A DNA stretch of 52,095 bases, taken from NCBI RefSeq assembly GCF_001194135.2, contig NC_068988.1:60926762-60978856 (forward strand). Direction: 5' to 3'. This DNA is from Octopus bimaculoides. Taxonomy: Eukaryota. Numbering within the stretch: the first letter of the stretch is position 1; every line of letters begins with the position of its first letter. The notes under the pieces are model-generated. The model had not been told where the DNA came from. It did not search any database and saw only the letters and a list, made by a program, of their open reading frames with translations. This document shows, piece by piece, positions 23,760-37,074 of the stretch. The position numbers and the translations under genes were made by a program.

Positions 23760-24085
23760 TCTTTTATTCCTTTCCATGTTCTAGCTATTTGAGTGTGGCC
23801 ATGCTGGAGGACCGCCTTTAATCGAATATATCGATCCCGGGACTTATACTTTGTAACCCTAGTACTCATTCTATCGGTCTCTTTTGCCAAAGCAGAAACG
23901 TAAACACACCAACATCGGTTGTCAAGCGATGGTGGTGGTAGAGCATCAAACACAGACTCACAGACACAATTTCAGCTGCTGCCAACCAAATCCACTCATA
24001 AGGCTAGGGTGGGCCCGAAGCTTTAGTAGAAGACACTAGTGCAAGGTGCCACGCAGTGGAACAGAATCCGAAACCATGGGATTTT
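23760..24085 (-). mobile_element. SINE family A, near full length
   Basis: GGCCATGCTGGAGGACCGCCTTTA...CATCGGTTGTCAAGCGATG...CCAAATCCACTCATAAGGC...CAAGGTGCCACGCAGTGG. Confidence 0.85.
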
Positions 24086-24559
24086 GTGTGATGCTATCAT
24101 TAACGTTTATCATTCTGTGTTTAGTTTCCTGCTGCTCAAACTCCGTTCATATTCTATTTTTACTATTTCTACTTTCACTTTGCTCAATTTTCTCATATGT
24201 GCATCACCTCCGAGTTTCCGCATTAGTGTCTTCTCACTCCACGGCTTACTCGAATTTCAGACTAATTTGAAAATTTTTCGAAGCTTCTGTTGCTATTTTG
24301 AATAATTAATTAGTAGACAATTTAGTAGGATTTTAAAAACATTTGTTTTGACAAATGCTGATAAGAATGAAAATAAGAGAAACGGAGTAAAAATGTAAAT
24401 AAACAACAGTCAAAGGCTAGTAAATTTGAATTCATCTATTATTAACGAAGACTTTCTGTTCACGATTGTTATCTGCTTGTGTAGCCTCGCAATGTATATT
24501 TATCAAGTATTAGCAGTACATGTAATTAGCATTTTTTAAATATACTCTAGCATTTCATA

Positions 24560-24666
<107 letters not shown>

Positions 24667-24962
24667 CCAATGAAAAGAAGACAAAAATATTCTTTAACAC
24701 GTCTTTAATTATATGTTACAAATGTTTCCATACCATCTCCATTTGCAAAGTCAATTTACGCGAAAATTCAAAATGAAGAATCACGTATTATTTGCGGTTT
24801 AGATTTTTGGAGAGGCATTTCATCAGACGTGCATCAAAGGTGAACTATTACATTGTACGTCCTTCAGACCTTGTTGTTCGGTAAGAACGGGGAGGAAATA
24901 GTAAAGAAAAAAGACATTAGATGTGTGGATGCGGTATGAGTATGTAAGGTAGATATTTATAT

Positions 24963-25185
24963 GTGTGGATCAATGATAGGAGGAAGAAAGGAAAGGAAGG
25001 GGGAGAGCGACCAGGAGAAGACGAAAGGGAAGTAGAAGGAGAAGAGGAAGACGGAGAAGGGGAAGAATCGGAAGAGGGAGAAGGAAAAGAAAAGAAGTAG
25101 AAGACGAAGTAGAAGAAGAAAAAGAAGAATGAAAGGAAGAGGGAGAAGAAGAAAAAGAAAAGGAAGAGAGAGAAGTAGATCCAAC
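24963..25185. repeat. GA-rich polypurine low-complexity tract
   Basis: Directly visible. Confidence 0.85.
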
Positions 25186-25939
25186 GAGCAGGCCTGCATA
25201 TAGCAAAACAGTTTATCTAGCCGTATGCTGCTGATGGGTCAGCTAATATAGGTAGAACCATTGCTACCGAAATTCATCTGAGGGAAGATGTATTTGACCA
25301 GGCTTGGTGTACAACATTATTACTGCGCTGCATTCTATATTTGTCTATCGAAGAGAGTTCAGCATAGTCTGGCGAATACGGATAGAAACAACGATCTTAG
25401 CATGATATTTGGAGGACGTTTTGGTTGTCAATTCTGGCAAGTCAAATGATCACCTAAATGTCCTACCATTGGTTCCCAGGAGACGGTGTTAATCATGAAT
25501 CCGAAACTTGCAGTAGTATGTCAGCTTGTGATGGTTTATTAGATCGGTAGCTGATATTTGTACAGACGTGCTTCAAAATAGTTGTGCTAAGAGTACGATA
25601 CATTGTAATAATCGCAAGGAGGTAATTAATAATCTACAACCTAAAGTTAAAAGGTACACATATGCTTTAAGCATATATCCTTTCTTTTCTGGTTTCTCTG
25701 CTTCTTTTCACTCTACATTAATAAGGCGTACACTCAATACGTCAGACTTCTTTTCACATTTTAATGTTCGGCTAAGAGTTCAATGTACACGAATTTTCTT
25801 TTAATTCTTTTGGTGCTAACATTTTGTCCACATCTTTAAAAGTTTTTCCCTTGCTGTAGTAACCTCTGATGTTGTTCAACTGTCCGTCACATATTCCCCT
25901 CGTTCGATTTTTGCCGTTTCACCTCACCAGTATAGTGAG

Positions 25940-26150
25940 AGAGCGTGAAATAATGATTAAGCGTTGCTTTCAAGACTGTAAGATCCGTACCGAGTGGTGT
26001 GTTGCGTTCTTGAGCAAAACATTTCGTTTCACGTTGCTCTAGTTCATTCAAGTGTCAAATAATAGCCTTGTGACACATGACATCTTCTTCAGGGGATTAT
26101 CTCATCACTTATACTCCATGAAAACTCTGTGACCGGCCGTATGTCTTCTA
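25940..26150 (+). mobile_element. SINE related to family C, with a different tail
   Basis: GTGTTGCGTTCTTGAGCAAAACATTTCGTTTCACGTTGCTCTAGTTCATTCA central block. Confidence 0.6.
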
Positions 26151-26269
26151 AACCACGAGAGAAACATCTAGTGGTTGATGATGAATACGATAACTATGCG
26201 CGTTATACATACGATGATATATTTTATGAAACAACTTTACATAATGTTATTTTTGCTCATTACAAACAG

Positions 26270-26336
26270 ATATTAATCAACGATAACCAAAAGAAGAAAA
26301 CACGTAAAGAATACTGTGTGAATCCGATGTTCATGG
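26270..26336 (+). other. candidate 67-nt exon, copy 1 (ILINDNQKKKTRKEYCVNPMFM+G)
   Basis: TTTTTGCTCATTACAAACAG| acceptor and |GTATTG donor. Paralogous to 26924-26990. Confidence 0.35.
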
Positions 26337-26923
26337 GTATTGCTTTAAATACCTCGTATTTGTATGTGAGTTTGTATCTGAGTTTATATGGGTATGTATA
26401 TACATATATGTCTGTGTACCTATGTGTGTATGATCCGTGTACGTGTATGGTACGTGTGTATACACAAACACACCAACGATATACGAATAAAAATAAGTGC
26501 ATCATTAAATAAATTAGAGTAGCGAAAGGATGACTACTCATATACAACCAACACGTAACACATTCATCGATGGATAACACTCACACCTTGCTACCGCATG
26601 ATAAATGTTATATACATAAACACATTATATAAAAGATAATATTAGTTTAGCACACGTTACGTAGTATATGTAAATTGCGAAAGCTTCATGTAAACATAAC
26701 GGTGCAGGTTTTATTACATGTTTGCGTTCTGAATCTTTTTGGCTCAGGTAAACAGGATCTAGCATTTCCTTCCTTGTATTGAAGAACCTAAACCTTTTCC
26801 AATTGCTGCAATGAAGTACGCAAAATGATATTAACTCCTCATCAATGGTTTTCTTTGATTCTTTTGATGTATTTTATGAAACATCTTTACATACTACATA
26901 CTTGTTATTTTCGTTCATTACAG

Positions 26924-26990
26924 ATATTAATCAACGACAGCGAAAAGAAAGAAAATGGCAAAGACTACTATGCGGATCTGGTGTTCATAG
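26924..26990 (+). other. candidate 67-nt exon, copy 2 (ILINDSEKKENGKDYYADLVFI+G)
   Basis: TTGTTATTTTCGTTCATTACAG| acceptor and ATAG|GTATTG donor. Same length and open frame as copy 1. Confidence 0.4.
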
Positions 26991-27501
26991 GTATTGCTTT
27001 AAATTATAAAATACTTTTCACACTTATTGTCCTCATTTTCATGTCCGCTTGTATTTAACTCCACCTCTTCACACTGCCCCTATTCGTAGCCACATTTTTA
27101 CTCAGACTAATTGTTATGCTTTTTCTTCTTCAATCACTCATTCATCTTTATCACTGTCAAACAGGAATACACGTTGTCTGTCTTCTATTCCTATTACCAC
27201 TACACCTTCTACACCTTCCCTCCATACCATACATTTCTTCAGTCCATCCTTCTTTCTATGTTTCGATCTTCAGTTTTTTCTTATTCAGTCAATCAATCGG
27301 ACTGTAATATTTAATTCCCTGTCACATACTTCTCTATCTGTCTGTCTGTCTGTCTCTTTCTGTTTGTGTGTGTGTGCGTGCGCGCGCGCGTCTGTCTGTC
27401 CGTCTGTGGGTCTATCGGTGTGTCTGTCTGTCTATGTATCTGTCTGTGCCTGTGTGTCTGTGTATGTATGCATGTAAGTATGATTGACTGTGTGACTGTT
27501 T

Positions 27502-27556
<55 letters not shown>

Positions 27557-27665
27557 GTCTGTATGTCTGTCTTTCCATCTATGTGACTGTTTCATTTTCT
27601 CTGCCCTCTCTCTATCAGAGAAAGAGCGAGAGAGGGGAAATGAGAGAGATATGCATGTGTTTATG

Positions 27666-27701
<36 letters not shown>

Positions 27702-27711
27702 NNNNNNNNNN

Positions 27712-27749
<38 letters not shown>

Positions 27750-29339
27750 AGACACATATACTTAACTATGTGTGTGTGTGTGCGTATATATATATATATG
27801 TATATATATACAGACACACATTCAAGTCTGTCTCAAATTTCGTCTTTCGTTTACTTACATTCATATATCAAAGTCATTATACAAGCACCAACTCCCCTCA
27901 CACACTTCATTCTCTCCCCTCTCACGTTTTCACCGGGAATTTTCTTTCGTTCAGTCACTCGTCAGTCATCTCTAGCAAAATACAATCAACTTCAATTCAT
28001 CTGCTAAAAACAACACTAAACAGTAAAAAAAAAAAAAAAAAAAAACCCAGACAAATAGTAAATGAAGACCACGAACCAAAGAAATAAATTATACAAAAAG
28101 AAAAGATGATAAAAAAAATATCAGCAAATAAGTAACATGGCGGACAAACGATTTCGAATAGTTTTCTTCCATTTATTTCCTTTCGTATTTTGTAGTAATT
28201 GCTAAATGTCGTGTGCGCAAATGTATAGTGCATAGGTTTGCTGTCTCTAAGTACTTTAATTACTTGGCCATATATGCATGTATATATATGTGTGTGTGTG
28301 TGTATGTANNNNNNNNNNNNNNNNNNNNNNNNNNNNNNNNNNNNNNNNNNNNNNNNNNNNNNNNNNNNNNNNNNNNNNNNNNNNNNNNNNNNNNNNNNNN
28401 NNNNNNNNNNNNNNNNNNNNNNNNNNNNNNNNNNNNNNNNNNNNNNNNNNNNNNNNNNNNNNNNNNNNNNNNNNNNNNNNNNNNNNNNNNNNNNNNNNNN
28501 NNNNNNNNNNNNNNNNNNNNNNNNNNNNNNNNNNNNNNNNNNNNNNNNNNNNNNNNNNNNNNNNNNNNNNNNNNNNNNNNNNNNNNNNNNNNNNNNNNNN
28601 NNNNNNNNNNNNNNNNNNNNNNNNNNNNNNNNNNNNNNNNNNNNNNNNNNNNNNNNNNNNNNNNNNNNNNNNNNNNNNNNNNNNNNNNNNNNNNNNNNNN
28701 NNNNNNNNNNNNNNNNNNNNNNNNNNNNNNNNNNNNNNNNATATATATATATATATATATATATACATACACACACACATGTATACATGGCAGAAATAAA
28801 GAGATATAGAAAAATGGGAAGAAGTAGAGTAAGAGAAATGATAAATGGAAAAAGCGTTGTCTTAATTGCAATTACCTACCAGATGCTAAAGCAGCAATGT
28901 CATCCAAGTATTAAAGTACTTAAAAGTCTAGGTTTCTGTCTCTTTCTCTCTATTATCATATTACTGATATCTACAATCGGACTGATAGAATCCCTCAGAA
29001 TTCCTCTCGTTATTTTTTGCTTTTCTAAGCTTTACGTTCTAATCCTTTCGCGGTTAAATTTGTCTTTCATTTTATTTTGGTCTTTTCCAATGCTTTGCAT
29101 CTGCGGAAACGTAAGACTCCCGGAATTTGTTCTTGTTCTCCACGTTCTAAGTCAAATTCGACTCAGGTGTATGATAAAATAAACTTGCCGACCTAGAGTC
29201 CTAACGGGCTCAGTAACAGATTTCGTTTCTGAACGCAAAAATAGGTTTATTAAAATGTGCTTACTTCCAGTAGCCAAGTAGAACATAGTGACCGCCGTTT
29301 CCTATACAACTATCGTTATTGGTCCCATAGTCGACACAG

Positions 29340-29685
29340 CCGCTGCTCACATATTTCAATGTTTAGAACGTCGGGCTCACAATCATGAGCTAGTGAATGC
29401 GATTCCTGGACCGGGATGTGTATTGTGTTCTTGGCTAAGAGAATTTATTTCACGTTACTCCACTTCACTCAGCTAAAGAAATGACTTGTGACGTCACTGG
29501 TGACAGGCTGTATTGACCTTTGCATTTCCCTTAGATTACATGATTACATTGGTGGCGTGGAACTAGAAAGCTGGTATGCATGGGAAATTGCTGGTCTTCC
29601 ATAAACAACCTTGCCCGGACATGTGCTTCGGAGGGTAACTTTCTAGGTGCAACCCCATAGTCATTCATGACCGGAGGAGGTCTTT
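29340..29685 (+). mobile_element. SINE family C
   Basis: Aligns by eye along its length with the reverse complement of 505-844. Confidence 0.85.
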
Positions 29686-29899
29686 ATATATATGTATGTA
29701 TTTGTGATTATTATCCACTACATCTACTTAACCCACATACCGGGGGTATTTGCCACTAGACTGTGATTGATTTGACGTGGTGAAAAATACTTTCTCAAAA
29801 CCCCAGGTATTATATACAGGGTTCGTAACTTATTTAAAGACATACCTTTTTTGGTTATTGCTGAATTTTTTGCTAACTCTGTATAATCTTTGTTTCAAA

Positions 29900-30649
29900 A
29901 AATAATACTGGAAGACCCTCAGTTTACTCAAGATACGAAGAGGTATGTTGATATTGTTGTCATAATGGCTGAGCCTAATGATTTAGAAATTACCAATTTA
30001 GTAATAAAATGTCAGCGGCTAGCTGGATGGATCTTCCGAACTGTCAAGCAAGATAAAAAGAGACATTGATGATCCTTTGGAGGACATACATCCTCAGCCG
30101 CTTGGACCTACTGCTTCCAATAATGGTCACCACACAATATAAAATTCGCGCTGGAACCTGAATCAATCCAACGAAGCTACAATAAGAAGATCGTCTCAAT
30201 GCAACGTATCAGCTTCTGGGAAAGACTGAAATAATTAAAACTGATCTCCCTAGAACGAAGGCGGGAGAGATATGCAGAGAGGTACATCTGGAAAATCCTA
30301 GAAGGCTTTGTAGCAAACTTTTGCATTTAAAGTTACTCAAACTTTGGCATTTAAAGTTACTCAAACTATGGGGTTGCACCTAGATCTCAGCATTGCCATC
30401 AAAATACAAGACCAGATACTTCAACTGCTTGAGATTCAAGAGTCCACACGCTTCAATAGCCTTCCAAGATGCCTGAGGGACCTGAATGGTGTGGATGTAA
30501 GTTTCCTTAACACAGATGAGGGCAGCGGCATCAAACTCCCTCATTGACCAAATGCCATGTATCAGAGGTTTCAAACAATGTTGTAGCTCGGTCAACGGTG
30601 GTACCCCATCATGACCACAGCTTCGAATCTGAAACATTTTAAGGAGTAC

Positions 30650-30650
<1 letters not shown>
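29900..30650 (+). pseudogene. CR1/L2-group LINE, 3' fragment of ORF2 (RT C-terminus)
   Basis: Translation with stops and frameshifts gives KCQRLAGWIFRT...LWRTYILSRLD...WSPHNIK...ESIQRSYNKKI...SFWERLK*LKLISLERRRERY...YIWKILEG...FNSLP, the typical CR1-group C-terminal motifs. Confidence 0.85.
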
Positions 30651-30698
<48 letters not shown>

Positions 30699-32169
30699 TA
30701 CATACATACATAAAGTATATATATGATGGCCGTCCACTCGTGACCGAGAAAGACCATTGCTGACCTTCAGAAACATTGTGTGCGCTTTAGGACTAACTTA
30801 TATTTGGCATTTGCGGCTCCGTGAGTGGCTAATGAGCCTTGCTCTTGACAAGCACACACAACTGCAAACGGTGCAAACCAACCTTTCCCTATACACCAGC
30901 AGTGGTGGTTTATACATTCATAGATAGGTATATGTATACATACATACGTTCATATAGTATTTATATATACATGTGTGTAGGTGTATATATATATATATAT
31001 ATATATATNNNNNNNNNNNNNNNNNNNNNNNNNNNNNNNNNNNNNNNNNNNNNNNNNNNNNNNNNNNTATATATACATATATATATATATATAAATGTAT
31101 TTGCGTTTCTGCTTTTCCATATTTTGCATAATCGAATGCTCGCATCAACAGCAGCTGCTGACAATAATTGTAGCGGCTAGAACTGCTATGAAAATCAACA
31201 ATAACAACAGCAATGATATTGGGAGTGTTTCCTTGTGCTGTAAGGAAAATAAAATAATGGAATGTATGAAGCACGTTCAGGTATGCATGATAAGTATTAT
31301 GATGACAAAAGGAAATTAGTTTCCAACATTGCCTGCTCAACATGGAGGAACAGCAAATACACAAACTTCTTTAATGAAGTCTATGTATATATATATATAT
31401 ATATATATGTATATACATACAAACATAGAAACATACCCACACATATACATACACACACACATATAAATATATACATACATTCACGTAAATTATCATATAG
31501 GTATATGATATGTATATACAATATGTACAGGATACATACAGACAGATAAACTTATATAATGACAGTGTGTATGTGTGTTTATACGTGTGTATATATGTGG
31601 TTAGCCAAACTGTATTAGACAAATATATATTCATATATTTGATATTATACAATGTGTTCATTTGAATATATATGAATGTATCTCTATATACGTGTTTATA
31701 TTTTATATGTGTGTGTGAGTGTATGTGTGTCTGTGTGTGGGTGTGTGGGTGTGTTTTTGTGTGTGTGTATAAATATTTTACATTTGCCATTGTCATTGAG
31801 TAAAATTGCATCTGATCGTAATGCTATTGAAATTCTTTAAATTTCCATTTGCTTTTATCTCTAAACAACCTTAATTAATATCTATATTCATAGAAGACCT
31901 ATATGTATTTGACATGCTCTACCATCATTTAGCTATTGTTTTCTCTTAAAATTTTTGCATAGACATAATTATATNNNNNNNNNNNNNNNNNNNNNNNNNN
32001 NNNNNNNNNNNNNNNNNNNNNNNNNNNNNNNNNNNNNNNNNNNNNNNNNNNNNNNNNNNNNNNNNNNTATATATATATATATATATATATTTACACACTT
32101 ATGTGTATGGAAATATATGTGTATACATGTTATGCACACTGGGACAGATATGTACACACGGAAATATCG

Positions 32170-32221
<52 letters not shown>

Positions 32222-32799
32222 ATGGTAAACGAAAGACGGAAGATGGAATATACGAAAATTCATATTAATCATGACAATTGTTTCCGTATATCTAGCATCG
32301 ATCCCTCACTGGTATGACACTTAACCATTATTTCGTGAGCATCCGGCGGTACAGATGTGTCTCTTCGGGTGATAAATAGATATAACTCGTTAAAACAACA
32401 GTTCCGCAATGTATTTTCTCATTTCTCAGAAAGAAAAGCAGCAAAACAAAAGATATATCTCCATTTACATATAAGGTCAAAAATAAAATAATAGATACAA
32501 ACAAGAAACGAACACGCAATACAGCGAGAAAAGTACTGAAAACAGTTAACAGATATGGATGTATAAACGCTCTCGCGCCATCTGCATGGCGCGTGTACAC
32601 TCGCTAATACGAGCATCCACGAAAATATAAGCATACGCACACGTGTGGTTTGGTGTACAAACGTTCCCATAGCTAGTTAAATAGCTACTTGGTGTTTATA
32701 AGAACGGGGAAGTTAAAGCTAAACTTAATTCATCCATACCTTAAAGTAAATTATGTTAACAGTTACTAAAATTCATTGTGCGAAAATACATTTATATGC

Positions 32800-33570
32800 A
32801 TGTAGGCATCTTGAGTGTCTTTAGGAATTCTATAAATGATCTTCGCATTGGTCCACAAAATCAACAAGGATTCCTCGGAGCAGAGTCAGCATTTCCTGGA
32901 AATGATATTGTATGGTTTTGCGTGCCTTACTTAATTTTATCTTCCTTCAGTCGCCACGCAAAATCGACAAAAAAGATGTTGAATGTCTCTTATTGATTCT
33001 CTTGAAGCTGGTGACATGGTTGCGATAACAATTCTTAAATGAATCAACCGATAACCAAATGTAAACATACAGTCCTCCCCTTGTATGCAAGGTACATTTA
33101 TATAGAAGATTTGTATCATACAGAGGTTCATCAATGGGCATTTCGATTTTTACAAAGTGTATTATTATTGGAGAAATTGACAGTTTTGTGGATGCCTGCA
33201 TCCTCAATAATCTACTCAGTGGCTTGCAGCTGTATGACAGATGGCGACCGAATTTCTCTGATGTGCCACTTAGTCCAGTGAATAGGGATAATGTAACGCC
33301 TACAGTTCAAGCTGGCCACACATTTGTTCAAAAACCACAAATTTGTGATCTGCGTTGTAGACTTAGATACGACCAGCAGACAGGGTCTCGATTATTGAGA
33401 GGTGAATGCACCCTTCTCGGTATGCAAAGACGGGTGATTATTGAATTAGTTAAGTGCAGATGATGTGGGCAATAGTCAACAATCAATAGTGGAGAGACCT
33501 GAAGAGGGCAGTTTGAAGAGAATTTAGCTAGAGGTTAGCGGCGAAAATGCTCCCTGACCATTTCTTCGAC
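32800..33570 (+). pseudogene. highly decayed non-LTR reverse transcriptase relic
   Basis: Ordered weak motif remnants: LEAGDMVA, LPLYAR, HQWAFR (cf. QxGFR), CVVDL (cf. FVDLEKAFD), RG*RRKCSL (cf. GVRQGCxLS). Confidence 0.4.
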
Positions 33571-34545
33571 GTGAAACATGAACGTTACCAATTTTTAACT
33601 GATGTAGAAAGGAAGAAAGATAACGTTGACATTTATGCAATTTGAACTCAGAGCGTAAGGAACCGTAAATACGCCGGCTTACCGTTTTAGACTGGCAACA
33701 GGTCTTTAAAAAAATGTCTCTATATTTCTCTTAAAATTATTTAGAATAGGAAACTGCGTATGATATTTGAAGTAGATACATCATTGAAAACGTAAGTAAC
33801 TGTAGTATTCTATCGGAGATAGTAACTTTAACAGACGTAAAATCGTAAGAGAAAATAATATAACAGCTGCAGAAGAAAATTGTCCAGTAACCGGACGATT
33901 TTTAACCGCAATTAATTAGACTTTCGATAATGCAACTTCTTTTTATATGATACACAAAGAGTTACTTTAAACTAATACAACTTTTGTTGCACATCACGAA
34001 AAGTAGTTTATATTATGTAATATATTAACGTTGATGCATCACTAAGTTGTGTCTAAATGATGTAGAAAATATTTTCATTATAATATATATCTAATGTAAA
34101 ATCGATGAGACATTTTGATGCGTTATCATCAGCACTATGGTACGTTTAGATAGAATATAATGTATATCAAATCCCCCTATAAAATATAATGCCTTAATAA
34201 TTCAAGTAGGAACATTAGTAAGATAAGTCAGTATAAATATGTCGTAAAAATAAAATTTTATTTACATTCGGTTTAGTAATGTCCTCGGAATATAATTTAC
34301 TGTTAAGCAATGCAGAAAAGATTTTAGTATTAGTAATTGTGTATGCGTCTATACACTTATCTCTATATATATATACGAACATACATACATACATACATAC
34401 ATACATACATACATACATACATACAGGCATAATCTTTTAATGTGCATATATGTAAATATATATATACGAATTCATAAGTTATGAATAATTATATATTATA
34501 TATATGTATAGGTATGTTTAAATCTCTCTATATATGTGTATGTGC

Positions 34546-34602
<57 letters not shown>

Positions 34603-34647
34603 TAAATGCACACACGCACACCTACGTCTATATATACATATATACAT

Positions 34648-34683
<36 letters not shown>

Positions 34684-35139
34684 AGTCAGTGTGTTTGTTT
34701 GCATGTGTTTGTGAGTGAGTCTCTGTGTTTGCGTGTGTGTATGGACATGGGTGTACGTACATATATGTCACGTGTAATTTCAGTGTCGCATACATCTTTT
34801 ATGATAACACTTATCTATACACATAGACATATACAAAGTATATACATTTAGCCTATCCTCTTCATAGCGTAACAAAAACAGTCTTCTTGTAGTGAACCGA
34901 ATAATAGTATCTCTATGTCAATATCCGGTTTGCAGGAAATAGCAGACGTACATTCTAAAAATCACGTTTGATACGTCTCAGAAAAGAGACCTACATATGG
35001 AAAAATGTAGTTCTCGATACTAGTATGTCCTAAACGAAATGTTCCGTTGGTCCAAGTTCTAATTACGTTGATTATTGGTCGTAGGGCATTGAAATAAATG
35101 CAAACGATAAAGAAAATAGGAACAGAAGCAACAATGAGT

Positions 35140-35430
35140 GGAGAAATAGCAGCAAATGAATCAACAAAAACAGGAGCTAATACTTCAGCATTGACAACAA
35201 CTGCAGCAATTCACGAACACCATCACAACCACCACCACCAACAGCATCACCGACAACAACGACAATAAAATTTCAAGCGGAAATAATGAGCATAATAGCA
35301 AAAAGAGCAACGGTGACAATAGCAACAACGACGACTACTGCAAAAACAAGAAATAAACAACAAAAACTGTAAAACAAATAAGGACTAAATCCACAAGAAA
35401 AACAACAGCAACGACAGCCACAACATCGAC
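35140..35430. repeat. (CAA/CAG/CCA)-rich triplet low-complexity tract
   Basis: Directly visible. Confidence 0.8.
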
Positions 35431-35671
35431 ACTAACAGTCCAAGATCGCCATATGCATTCATTGTACCATCATCTATTGACGTCGTGAGTACTAAGTTGC
35501 ACCTATAACAAAAATCCAAGCTTCAGAATTTTCCCCTGTATCAATTCAGGGACGACACAACCTGTAGCCAACGAATTAGTAAAGAGACATTTTTATCACA
35601 AAATACAGATCTCTTTGGAAGGCATCTACAACAAATAGCATATCGACTATGATCTTAGAATAGCACGCACA

Positions 35672-36040
35672 GATATTAAAAATGATACATTCAAAAGAGA
35701 TACCAAAGAATTCGTTAAAAACAGTCCAAATCACTGCTATAATCCACAACAAGGCATTTTAGCTCACTTGATCATTTAACATCATACTACTATCATACCA
35801 TCCGACATTCTTTTATTATTCTTTCGCTTCTCCTTCTTCTTTGTCTTCTTCTTCCTCTCCGCCACCTCCTTCCTTACTATACTACTAATGCTGTTTAGAA
35901 TAATACCCACACAAACATTAAAGCAATACAGTCAAAAGAAATATCTCAAGAATTCAATCACTGCTACCATCCACAACAAGTCACTTTCAGGGCACTTGAC
36001 CATTTAGCATCCTACTACTATCATACCACTCCCAATTCTT
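35672..36040 (+). repeat. diverged direct repeat (~130-bp core, offset ~230-240 bp), each copy followed by a CTT-rich tail
   Basis: AATCACTGCTA(T/C)(A/C)ATCCACAACAAG...CACTTGA...CATTTA(A/G)CATC(A/C)TACTACTATCATACCA occurs twice. Confidence 0.8.
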
Positions 36041-36136
36041 CTTCTTCTTCTTCTTCTTCTTCTTCTTCTTCTTCTTCTTCTTCTTCTTCTTCTTCTTCTT
36101 CTTCTTCTTCTTCTTCTTCTTCTTCTTCTTCTTCTA
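36038..36136. repeat. (CTT)n microsatellite, ~33 units
   Basis: Directly visible. Confidence 0.95.
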
Positions 36137-37037
36137 TGCCAAGAATTCGCAACGACCTCGAACCCACAAGTGTGAACACGAGAGACAGAGACAGGCAGAA
36201 ACAAGGAATATGACCCTCGTATTCGAATACTATGCAAATACTCTCTTAAAAATCTTTTCATTTGATTTTACCAAAATTTAATCGTTTTCCATACTAAGAG
36301 GTGAAAAAGTTTCAATGACTGAAACCAGTACTAAAATGTTTTTTGATAAAATAATTGTAGCATTTTCTACCCTAACCTTTTTCTTTATATATATATATAT
36401 ATATATATACATATATATGTGCATATATGCATACACATACGCAAGCATGAATAAACACATATATACACTCACAAGCAGCACACACATATACATAATTTCC
36501 TTTTGTCAGTACTTAAAGTTGAGGACCCAAGTGAAACAAAACTATTGATGAAGTCCACGCATGTTTCTTTCATTTTTTTAAAATCGTAGTTATGTTACAG
36601 ACATTCGTTGATATCAGCATCAAAACAGAATTGAATAACTCGTTAGAATAATATTAGTCTTTGATTTCAATTTATTTTTCCCCTTTACCAAGATATTTAT
36701 TCTTTTCACGTGATTCATTATTTTCAAGTAGACCACCAAAGATAAAATAGATCGAGAACTACCCACCACCGCAGAACTATCGTCTTTTCCTATCAGATGA
36801 GATATCCCAGTTCTAATTATGCACAGATACGCATATATAAACGCATATTAATACGTAATATATATGCACATTGTATAAATCATATATGTACGTATTTGTG
36901 TNNNNNNNNNNNNNNNNNNNNNNNNNNNNNNNNNNNNNNNNNNNNNNNNNNNNNNNNNNNNNNNNNNNNNNNNNNNNNNNNNNNNNNNNNNNNNNNNNNN
37001 NNNNNNNNNNNNNNNNNNNNNNNNNNNNNNNNNNNNN

Positions 37038-37074
<37 letters not shown>

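Noticed and set aside
27925-27970. Minus-strand CTGACGA-GT...AC-GAAA
   Set aside because: Only a 2-bp stem II and no stem I pairing. Other CTGANGA hits (24820, 34126, 49143, 17343) lack a positioned GAAA.
31245-31280. 36-nt segment with AG/GT boundaries (ENKIMECMKHVQ); also 5931-5949 and 36750-36816
   Set aside because: Such micro-exon candidates are expected by chance in 52 kb of AT-rich DNA, and there is no corroborating signal.
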